Below are positions 1-10,374 of a DNA stretch of 64,000 bases, one piece after another. How positions within the stretch are numbered: the stretch's first letter is position 1; each line of letters starts with the position of its first letter. The stretch is from Octopus sinensis (Eukaryota). A program made the position numbers and the translations under genes. The notes under the pieces are model-generated. The model had not been told where the DNA came from. It saw nothing but the letters and a program-made list of their open reading frames with translations, and ran no database searches. Location: NCBI RefSeq assembly GCF_006345805.1, contig NC_043001.1, positions 115,444,001 through 115,508,000 on the forward strand, in the 5' to 3' direction.

Positions 1-1500
1 CAATCCATGCGGAGCTGAGATTTCTGCGCTTATTGTGACAGTTCTCAAGGATCATACGATTAATTAGCAGTTGATCTTTGCATCTGTAAGAGCCTCGGCG
101 GCACCCTTTTTGTTCAATGGGGAAATATCGTTCTTCTCCATGAATACATATGTTTTCTCCGCCAGGATAGATGTTAGGATTTTATACGTGGGGGATAGAC
201 AGGTTATAGGCCGATAGTTTTTTGGAAGGTTGGTTTCGTTATTCTTTGGGAGTAGGTAAGTAATACCACTTGCTAACCATTCAGGTGTTTTCTTTGGATC
301 TCTCATAATTCCATTGAGCAGCTGAACTAGCTTACCGTGTGCGCATGGGAGCGATGCGAGCCAGAAATTCGGCACCCTATCTTTACCGGGGGATTTCCAA
401 TTATGGGCCTTCGTGAGTGCCTTTCTTAGGTCTGCTATTGTGATGTCTTCCCATGCTTGTTGTTGTAAATTTTGGTAGGATCCTTCAGTTTGTATAATCC
501 AGTCTGCATTTATGTTGTACGTCTTCTTGTCACTCCAAATCCTTTTCCAAAAGTTTTGAACTTCTTCCATGGGAGGGGGGGTCTTTAACGGTTACTTTCT
601 CCTTCCCTATTTCTCTGTAGAATTTTTTGGCATTGGATGTGAACAGCATATTTTGCTTGTAAAACTTGTTTCTCTTCTCAAATCTTCGTATTCTTTGGCT
701 TTTGCTCGGATTTTTTGTTTCAGCGTTTCTTTTATTGATATCAGTTCTTCTCTTGGTGAGGATCCAAATTTTCTCTTCATCTTTCTTCCTGTTCTGGATC
801 TTACATCATTTCCACATATTAGTTAATTTAATATTGATATTTCCCCTCTCATAAATTCAATTTCTTTTTCAATTTTACTTCTCCAGGTTTGATTTCTTCC
901 CAGGTTTGGTTTTCTTTGTTTTTTCAGGGGCATACAGCTGGTTTCAATTGCCCTAGCAGAAGCGTAAATAATTTCATTTAACTCAGTAAAATCAGGTTTT
1001 AATTCTTGTATTATTTCACTTGTTACATAGTTGCCAATTTGGATTTGTTTTTTATTTTGGTTTGTATTTGAGAGTTTATGAAGTGGTTCTCTATCATTCA
1101 TACTTGTATGTCTTACAACTTCAAGCGTATTCAGGATTTTCTGCCTCATGCTGGTGCGTTTACGTGCCTGTAACTTGGTGGTTCGGCAAAAGAGACCGAT
1201 AGAATAAGTACTAGGCTTACAAAGAATAAGTCCTGGGATCGATTTGCTCGACTAAAGGCGGTGCTCCAGCATGGCCGCAGTCAAATGACTGAAACAAGTG
1301 AAAGAGTATATATAGTTGTCACAACTAAGTGACAGCACAAAGATGTTGTCATTTGTGATAGCAAAGGCCAGGGTTAGACCCTAGTTGGGGTTAGAATCCA
1401 GTGGGGCCTTGATTTCAATCAGTATGGATCCACCATTATCTGTGGTTATTATTTCTGCTCTAACTTGTATGAGTTGTAGTGCACCTGAGCACTGTACACA

Positions 1501-1575
<75 letters not shown>

Positions 1576-2343
1576 TCTGCCATAGACTCTCTGTGTTCTT
1601 CAGCAAATGCGAGATCTTCAGTTACTGTTGTTTTATCATTTTCCTGGCTATCTTTAACAGGTACAATATAATTTCTTGTATCTTCAGGCCTTTGCGTACT
1701 TTGGTCAAATGGCAGTCTTTCAATTAAGCCTCGTGGCGGGCTATACTGTTCATCTGATTCTTCATTTCCTTTGTGTCTTATATTTATGTCATTTTCCATT
1801 GCGTGCTTGATCGCGTTTATTTCACTGTCTGTGAGTCTGTTATTTCTAAGGATATCCCTCCTCACATTTGCCAATTTGTTCTCGTCTAAATAGGGCCTAC
1901 TGTCTTGATTCCGTGTTCTCCATATACTGTAAGAGTTTGCGGTGTGTCTCTCTTGAGATGGCCTACCTAATGCATAGTAATAAGCGTATATTACTTCTTT
2001 ATACTCTTCTCGGGTCCATTTGTTCCGCTTACATTTTTCTTTCTGTGGTTTTTGTGGTGGTGAACTTGGAGGGCTCGAGTTGGGGAATTTCCCGTTCAAG
2101 TGACCATCCATGTCCGTATTCGGAGAAGAGTTTGTGCCAGTTGATGACTTTTCGATCCCAGGCTGGCTCTTCCCTGGGGGACGCGCTTCCAGATTAACCA
2201 TAGGACAAGCGATTTGGTATACTGATTTAGTTTTCCTTTTAGTTTCCAAAAACATTTTGGTGCTACGATAATGTTATCATTTTTTAGCTTTGATTGGCTC
2301 GTGGGGAGACGGCCATCATTGCCGTTACAATTATAATCGTACC
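1..2343 (-). mobile_element. R4/Dong-type (RLE) non-LTR retrotransposon, 5' half running off the window start; disrupted
   Basis: N-terminal KWTREE/NKLANVRR motifs (ORF 1449-2255) and RT-start motifs KSPGKD and NYRPITCL (ORF 64-570). Near-identical to 53626-55538. Interrupted by a 425-bp insert at 1150-1574. Confidence 0.9.
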
Positions 2344-3480
2344 ATTATAGCAGCCGTAGTCGGCTTATTATTGTTATTATCATCACCATTATTATCACTA
2401 TCATCATTATCACCACCATTACCATCATCATTATCATCATCACCATCACCATCATCATCATCATCATCAATGATATTGTTTTATGTGTAGTTACAGAAGT
2501 ATCTTATTATTGTTATTTTTGTTTTTTATCATTATCACCATCACAGTAATGTCTGTCTGTCTCGTTGGCTGGCTTGGTGGTTGGCTGGCTGGCTGTCTTC
2601 AACGCCAGAGTTCTTGCCTGTCAAATAATACTTTCATATTTGGTTAACATCTAAAGAGCCGAGGTGAGGTTTGTGTTGGCTGAACTCTGAGTGTGTGTGT
2701 AGATAGATAGATAGATTATCAGCACTATTACTATCATTATTATCATCATCACCATCATCACCATCACCATCAGTGATTTTTTTTTTAGGTGGGGTCCTAT
2801 CGGTCAAAAAAAGTTCAAATGTTTACTATTATTAGCCTTAAGAAAAATTAAGGAAGGGCTGTTCTGTATTGTTTGTGAATAGAGAAGCTGTGTTCGACCA
2901 GAGAGAATCTTAGCATCATTATTTTTTTTCCATGTGCGTTTGTGTTATTGCAATAAAAAGTGTTTGTATATTTCCTGTATGGTAATATTGTGGAGGTTGA
3001 AATTGACCCCTCTAGAGATGTTTGTATGTCCAGTTAGAAGAACAGGGGTGTTTTTGCAATAAAAAGTATATGTTTACATTTATATTTGAATATTCAGGGA
3101 GGAAGCAAAGAAAAGTCAGATTTTCATAGAAAGTTTTAGTGTTTTGAAAGTCCACAAAAAGAAAAGCGTGATGTTTTTAGAGAGAAGAAAAATAAAGGGT
3201 GTTTACTGAGGCAGTTGTGGGTATTAAAGTTTTTAAAGCTGATCGGATGTATGTTTGAAAGCTGTAGATATGTAAATTTGTAAATTTCTTAACTTATTTT
3301 GAAGAGAATTTTAAATACTCACAAGATATTGTAAATGTTCCAGTCTTTCAAAGTTTTTTTTTCCCCGTTGCTAAACTGGGTCATATTAGTGTTTCTATCG
3401 GCTACTGAATTGTCAGAGCAGTGAGGAATACGTCCAGCCGCTGTCAAGGCAGGCGCTCTCTCCTTATTATTATTATTATT

Positions 3481-4055
3481 CAGTAGTTTTATTTTTATAG
3501 CGTGCTTTCACTTCACTACCGAGCGCAGTTCTGTGTGCCTTGGGTATGTGCTGTGATTTGTTGTGATGCTCTGATGGTTATTGTATGGAAAGTGTTCTGC
3601 GTAGGATGTGTGCAGTGCCTAGTAGTGCAATTTTCTGTATGTTATATGTGTTTGTAAGTCCTGGTGTTTTGTTATGTATTTGTCTGAATATTTTTTTATC
3701 ATGCCTAATGCACCTACTATGATAGGAATTGTTTCTGTTTTCAGATTCCACATTCTAGTTACCTCTATTTCCAGGTCTTTGTATTTTGAGAGTTTCTCCA
3801 TTTCTTTTAGAGACACGTTGTCATCTGCCGGTATTGATACATCAATTAGAAAGCATTTTTTTCTTCATGATCTCTGACAACTATATCTGGTCTGTTGGCC
3901 TTAATTTCTCTATCTGTGTGTATCGACATATCCCAGAGTATGGTTGCTTTCTCGTTTTCTGTGACCTTTTCTGGTGTGTGCCTATACCATCTTTTTTCTG
4001 GTGTTATTCCAGATTGTTATTGAAATTTACAATTCTTGTAAATTTCAATAACAAT
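3481..4055 (-). mobile_element. 3' fragment of an R4/Dong-type LINE (RLE endonuclease end plus 3' UTR) ending on (TAA)n
   Basis: KLSKYKDLEIEVTRMWNLKTETIPIIVGALG. The 3' UTR matches 55707-55860. (TTA)n at 3465-3480. Confidence 0.88.
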
Positions 4056-4149
4056 CTGTTCCTCTACACGATATGACAGTCACTTTGCTTTTACTCAGAC
4101 TTTCCTCTACATGATATGGCAGTCACTTTGCCTCTTACTCGGATTCTCA

Positions 4150-4467
4150 GAAATTTTGCATGACTGTATCCGAAAATTTCTTCACACAACTTGATCAAAT
4201 ATTCAATATGAGCTATATGTAGACATGCATAAATTCTATAGGTTTAAAACCTTTCATCGGATCTCCATAAATCGAACTTTCTTCAATGCAGTTAATCTTA
4301 CAACCTCTTTTGTATCTACCCCTTTTGATGTTTGGGAATTCTCTGATGTTTTTTCGGCTGACGAGTACGAGCCATCTGTATTCACTGCATTTTTTGTAGC
4401 TTATTAAAGATGTCCTCGTACGAAACGATCGTACCGAGATTTTAATCCATTCTTGTTGCTTTTTTCC
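4150..4467 (-). mobile_element. Degenerate fragment homologous to the 5' region of the CR1-like LINE at 26550-29130
   Basis: Shares 'gctgacgagtacg' and 'taatccattcttgttgcttttttc' with 29018-29130. Confidence 0.45.
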
Positions 4468-4866
4468 TATATATATATATATATACAGAAAGATTTATTC
4501 CTAAAAAAATCAAAAAGTCTTTACGAACAAGGGAAGCAATTTATTTAATAGCAAATTCTTGTTGCTGCCCTTGCTTCTTGTTGTGTAAAGGAGTTATCAT
4601 CCTTTGCAGTTGTAGCCGTGTGAGATATTTTATAAAAAGAAAATCTCATTGCTACCGACTGAACTAAATTCTTTATTACACAAAAAATAGAAACAAGTAA
4701 CGATGCGGACGGGTGGGTGGGTTGTCGACTTTATAAAGACTTTATAAATTGAATATGCAATACAGCCATTTACATTTGACGTGTAGAAGAAGGGATATAC
4801 TCACCGTAAATTGCAGCTTGCAAATCAATCTATCAAGCCTGAGAAAATATCTTCAAACTACGATAA

Positions 4867-4897
<31 letters not shown>

Positions 4898-5367
4898 TGA
4901 ATTATATTATATTATATAGGAGGGGGCACATGACCTAGTGGCTAGAGCAGCAGACTCGCGGTCGAGGGGTCACGGGTTCGAATCTCAGACCGGGCCCTGC
5001 GTGTGTTTATGATTGAAGTACCTAAGCTCCACGCGATTCCGGCAGAAAGTAATGGCAAACGTCTGCTGACTTTTTCGCCACAACTTTCTCTCACTCTTTC
5101 CTCCTGCATCTAGCAGCTGACTGACGTCTCGTCCAGGTGGGGAACCTATACACCACTGAAACCGGGAAACCGGCCCTTCTGAGCCAGGTATGGCTTGAGA
5201 AGGAACAAACAACATAATATATTTTCTTATATTATATATATAAAACAAAACATGAGAGTGACAATTTTTGGGCATTATTTTTCTCCATTGTTGTCCATTA
5301 TATAGACGAGTAATTATCTTCGTAATTCCTATTAGCAAATGAAACACGTGTCATGGAAAATAAATAA
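4468..5367 (-). repeat. Left arm of a long inverted duplication
   Basis: Reverse complement of 7726-8650 with only scattered mismatches. ORFs 4985-5347(-) and 7746-8108(+) give almost identical peptides. Confidence 0.95.
4922..5212 (+). mobile_element. tRNA-derived SINE inside the left arm (inverted copy in the right arm at ~7880-8172)
   Basis: A-box-like TAGTGGCTAG, B-box GGTTCGAATC, tail aacaaacaac. Confidence 0.75.
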
Positions 5368-5433
5368 TGCCAAAAGCTTCCCACTTACCTGTTTTGTTAT
5401 ACAATAACTCTGAAAATAACATTTCCTTTATTC

Positions 5434-6262
5434 TGTAGCGGACTTTCTTTCTCTCTGTTATATATACATGAGTACGGACGTAGTAGATAACAGCTAGCTT
5501 TCGGCATCCCTTTTGCACCCTGTTGTGCCCACTAGTCTGGTTGGTATTGGCGCAATTTTGTCTCTTGCTCTATTACGTGCCAATGTACAACCCAACCAAT
5601 CACAGCCTTTTGATAAGGTCCCGTGATACAGTCTCTTCTAGACCTCAGTTTGCGCCGATAGAATGGTATAAATGCTAGCTTCAACACCATTTTTAGTCTT
5701 TCGGTTCTTGACCTTCTTATGCCTAACCACTGACCACAGAGCACACAGCCAGTTCCAGCGACAACACCAGCAGCCACCATGGAGAAACATCAACACTCGA
5801 CCAACAGCATAGGGCAATTTCCTTCTTCCTCGCCTCCGTCATCTTAACGTCGTCAACAACATCTCTCTCTACGTACACAGCAACCAGCAACACCCACCCA
5901 GGTTCTATTTCCTCACTGTTTGTGAATTACTTCACTATGGTTAACAGCAAGCACAACCTGCGAGAACTTGCTGTATCAAGTGACCGGCAGCAGCATAGTA
6001 GCCACAACTTCTTACACGACATGTGCCTCAACCGGCTTTGTTTCTTCGCCACAACTTCTTGTTACAGCATCTTAACTATTGTGTACCTCGACTACGAACT
6101 GGTATTTATAATCATTGTGTCTGAACATTCTACCGGTTGTGTCTCTCTTTTCCTTCTGGCACTTATACTCATTTATCCTTTTCGTATCTATTGTTGTATC
6201 GACCGTGCGATGTCTTAAAGGAGCCATTCATCGTCACCTCACCTTCGCACGGTCGTTCTACA
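5434..6262 (+). mobile_element. Solo LTR (829 bp), Gypsy-like by its 4-bp TSD
   Basis: Termini TGTAG...CTACA; ATTC duplicated at 5430-5433 and 6263-6266; internal CCAAT (~5597) and TATAAA (~5667) motifs. Confidence 0.75.
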
Positions 6263-6901
6263 ATTCTCAATTCTAATATATATTTTGACTAACAAACAGC
6301 AACAGTCATAGATACATACTGATTGTAATAATGGAATAAGTAGACGTGATTCAAGAGGAAACAACTAGGATTTACGTAACTACTTACATAATATAAATAT
6401 ATATATATATATAAACTGTTGACGCCACATATCTCAGTTGCGTAATTTCGAACACTTTGCAACCACTTCATGTCGAATATTCTCCTGAAACATATAAATT
6501 GGAAGCTGTCCGGTTTTTTTTTCCTTCCATTTTTGTTACTTTCTAGTTTTCACATAACGTCTGGGAGAAATTTTGAAAGGATTTAGAATAAATCCAAGAG
6601 AAGAAAATAGTAGAAGAGAAAACAAGGGGGCAAATGTCGGGAGGTGATAGAAAATTACGTCCAGCTAAATACGTATCGCATCCAGAAAAGACAGGAGTGA
6701 GGGGGGAGGAATGGCCTGTAGTCACGCGGGAACAACAGCCAGAGGAAAAGGGCGGCAAGTGAGAGGATAAGTGAAAGAAACAAAGGGAGAGAGGAGAAGG
6801 AAGAAAAGAAACGAAAGACAGTGAGGGGTGGCAGAAAGATAGACAGGGGACATCAAAGAAGGAGGGGGAAAGATGGAAAATAAAGAGGATTATAGAGGGG
6901 C

Positions 6902-6956
<55 letters not shown>

Positions 6957-6960
6957 AAAG
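6902..6960 (+). repeat. (AAAG)n microsatellite
   Basis: Directly visible. Confidence 0.95.
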
Positions 6961-7271
6961 AAAATAAGGGAACAGAGCGAGTTGCAGAAATTATAAATAA
7001 AAGTAAAAATTCGACAACTGAAGAAGGGTTCGACTTCTCTTGGTACTTGTCCTGTACATGTCTCTCCTGTGTTTACACATTTTTCACTTGTTGGTGATGC
7101 CCTGTTCTTATTGCATATCTTTTGGTGATTTGTCCTGTACTTATCGCTTGTAATTTTCACTCGTTATATAAATGGAGGTGTAGTCAAGTCCTATTTTATG
7201 GACTCAACCATGCTCTAAAATAGGTCGAAAGGCAAGCTACTATAAATCGGCACGAACTTTCCGGACAACCC

Positions 7272-7370
<99 letters not shown>

Positions 7371-7409
7371 ATACATACATACATACATACATACATACAT
7401 ACATACATT

Positions 7410-7725
7410 ATGGCTGCCCCCTCGTTATTGAGTATGGCCATTGCACGAAGCTTAACTGTTACTGGTGCTGTGATCGAATGTGACTTTTTAGCCCAGCTAA
7501 AGATCTACAATGTCTTGTACAAAATTGGCAACTAAAACCTTTACTGGTTATAGCCGGCTGTAGTTGTAACTGGGCTTCATGTACCTTTGCATGTCGTTTA
7601 AATCTTCCTGCCGAATTACACTCTCTTCCACATGCCTGACAGATATGATTAATATGGTGTGTTACACCACCACCAGTGGCCAGGTTGTCACTCATCTGTC
7701 TCGTTTTATGACTACGAAGATGACT
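7410..7725 (-). mobile_element. RTE-like LINE 3' fragment with C-terminal C2H2-like fingers
   Basis: CQACGRECNSAGRFKRH and CQFCTRHCRSLAGLKSH; ends in an (ATGT)n tail; cut at 7726 by the right inverted arm. Confidence 0.6.
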
Positions 7726-8199
7726 TTATTTATTTTCCATGACACGTGTTTCATTTGCTAATAGGAATTACGAAGATAATTACTCGTCTATATAATGGAC
7801 AACAATGGAGAAAAATAATGCCAAAAAATGGTCACTTTCATGTTTTGTTTTATATATATAATATAAGAAAATATATTATGTTGTTTGTTCCTTCTCAAGC
7901 GATACCTGGCTCAGAAGGGCCGGTTTCCCGGTTTCAGTGGTGTATAGGTTCCCCACCTGGACGAGACGTCAGTCAGCTGCAAGATGCAGGAGGAAAGAGT
8001 GAGAGAAAGTTGTGGCGAAAAAGTCAGCAGACGTTTGCCATTACCTTCTGCCGGAATCGCGTGGAGCTTAGGTACTTCAATCATAAACACACGCAGGGCC
8101 CGGTCTGAGATTCGAACCCGTGACCCCTCGACCGCGAGTCTGCTGCTCTAGCCACTAGGCCATGTGCCCCCTCCTATATAATATAATATAATTCACGCG

Positions 8200-8264
<65 letters not shown>

Positions 8265-8650
8265 ATCGTAGTTTGGAGATATTTTCTCAGGCTTGATAGA
8301 TTGATTTGCAAGCTGCAATTTACGGTGAGTATATCCCTTCTTCTACACGTTAAATGTAAATGGCTGTATTGCATATTCAATTTATAAAGTCTTTATAAAG
8401 TCGACAACCCACCCACCCGTCCGCATCGTTACTTGTTTCTATTTTTTGTGTAATAAAGAATTTAGTTCAGTCGGTAGCAATGAGATTTTCTTTTTATAAA
8501 ATATCTCACACGGCTACAACTGCAAAGGATGATAACTCCTTTACACAACAAGAAGCAAGGGCAGCAACAAGAATTTGCTATTAAATAAATTGCTTCCCTT
8601 GTTCGTAAAAATTTTTATTTTTTTAGGAATAAATCTTTCTGTATATATGT
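7726..8650 (+). repeat. Right arm of the long inverted duplication
   Basis: Reverse complement of 4468-5367. Confidence 0.95.
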
Positions 8651-9032
8651 ATATAGCTGAAGTTGTCTGTGTATGGCAGGTTTGGTAGCCTTCAACTAAC
8701 ACTTTCTTCTCCGAGACCCTGCGGCGCAAATTGACCAAAATTGAGAGTATGATAAAAGAAGGCTTGCTCTTCCTTCCGTAGAAGAAAAAATTCAAATCGT
8801 ACCATGTTAACACCAAAAATTATTTACATCAAAATGGTGCATTTTTTCTATGAAAATCCTCATTTGTTACAATATTTTGACTGCCGTGTCGCCTTTTTTT
8901 CGGTGTATTTCAACCAGAAAAATGTTCACTTAAAGAGAATAACAAGCTACATGATGCAGAATTTTTACTTTTCAAAAATTCCAATTCTAAAGGGTCGAAA
9001 CAAACCCGAGCAACGACGGGCGATACTGCTAG
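8638..9032 (+). mobile_element. Non-autonomous Helitron-like element
   Basis: 5' TC followed by a TA-rich start; 3' hairpin CCCG-agcaacga-CGGG (9005-9020), then CTAG (9029-9032) followed by T. Confidence 0.55.
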
Positions 9033-10146
9033 TCTATCATAAAATAAAACGTCGCTTATTACTTGTACTAGACTAAAACCAACGTTCGTGGCCCGTAGGC
9101 TATTGCTTAAAAGTTGCATGTATGTGTTTAATTATACACGGATAATACACAGAAGATTCATGGCTAAAAATAAAGCAGAATAATTTTTTCTGAATAATTA
9201 TATGATGGAGTTGTGTTCTTTTTATCTTGCTTGAAGACAACATATAGAAAACTAATTATAGTGATTTGATATCGAATGTAAAATATGTATTTCGCTCTTT
9301 CAATAAACATAACGAGAATTTCAACTTGTAGATGACTTTTGAATTGTATTTTTGCTTTATAATCCCATCCTGTAGAAACAGAAAGCTTCATTGAAATTTA
9401 ACCCAAATGAAGGATTGAAGCTGAAGCCACATTTATCCTCTGTGGCCCAATATTACGGAGAGATGACTATCAATTAACGCCCAAATCATTTTGTTTCTTT
9501 TCAAAAACAGCCAATATGTTTTTTGAAGTGCCATATGTCACCGAGAGAAAATGTTACTAGATTTTGCTCCAAATATTTATTGGTCAATTTACAAAGTCAT
9601 TAAGGAAGGAAATAGTCATGACATTGTTCATTTCCCCAATACATTACCTGGTGTTTAGCTCATCAACCATAATAAAAGGTAATGTTCAAGTCTACCTCTG
9701 TTGGGTTTGAACTCTGAACTCAAATCCTACTGGCAATGTTAGAACTTTTCTCCATCTTTCTATAATAGATATATGTAATGCTGTACATTTGATATTATGT
9801 GGACTGAACGGGCCAGTGGTATGTGTAATCATGATCTTCTAATTGAACAATCAATATTGTTATCTTTCTTTGGTGAATGATTAGAACAAGGTAACAGTAA
9901 AATTGCCTTCTCAAGTCATAGTGACCCCCTAGGGGCCAGTTTCCTAGTATAAAATAAAACAGTGAAAAGAATAAATAAGGCGGTATTACATTTACCAACC
10001 AGTTACGACCGTTTCAATAACTAGTGAATTGTTACAACGTCTGTCTCTCTGATTGTAAATCGATTAATGAACCAATCCTTCAATAATCTATCTATCCATC
10101 CACCCATCCGTCCGTTCGCCCGTCTGTCCATTCGTCCGTCCGTCGG

Positions 10147-10224
<78 letters not shown>

Positions 10225-10225
10225 C

Positions 10226-10302
<77 letters not shown>

Positions 10303-10324
10303 CCTATCTATCTATCTATCTATC
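10147..10324 (+). repeat. (TCTA)n microsatellite upstream of the Tx1 LINE
   Basis: Directly visible. Confidence 0.97.
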
Positions 10325-10374
10325 CATCTTAGAACACTATGACTGGGTGCTGAAACGACTGCTCAACCACTCAA

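Noticed and set aside
1385-1727. Poly-L/Y/I ORFs (also 46254-46725, 51346-51747, 55485-56112)
   Set aside because: Translations of (TTA)n microsatellites.
4922-4995. tRNA-like sequence with A and B boxes
   Set aside because: It is the head of a SINE continuing into a body and tail; no complete cloverleaf.
4985-5347. 120-aa ORF present twice (also 7746-8108)
   Set aside because: Antisense frame through a SINE inside the inverted duplication; no protein motif.
7459-7695. Two C2H2-like fingers suggesting a zinc-finger gene
   Set aside because: Spacing and the adjoining microsatellite tail fit the C-terminus of an RTE-like LINE; no TGEKP-type linkers or splice sites.
9990-10065. GAAACGGTC motif suggesting a Penelope hammerhead on the minus strand
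   Set aside because: No CTGANGA core upstream; too degenerate to support.
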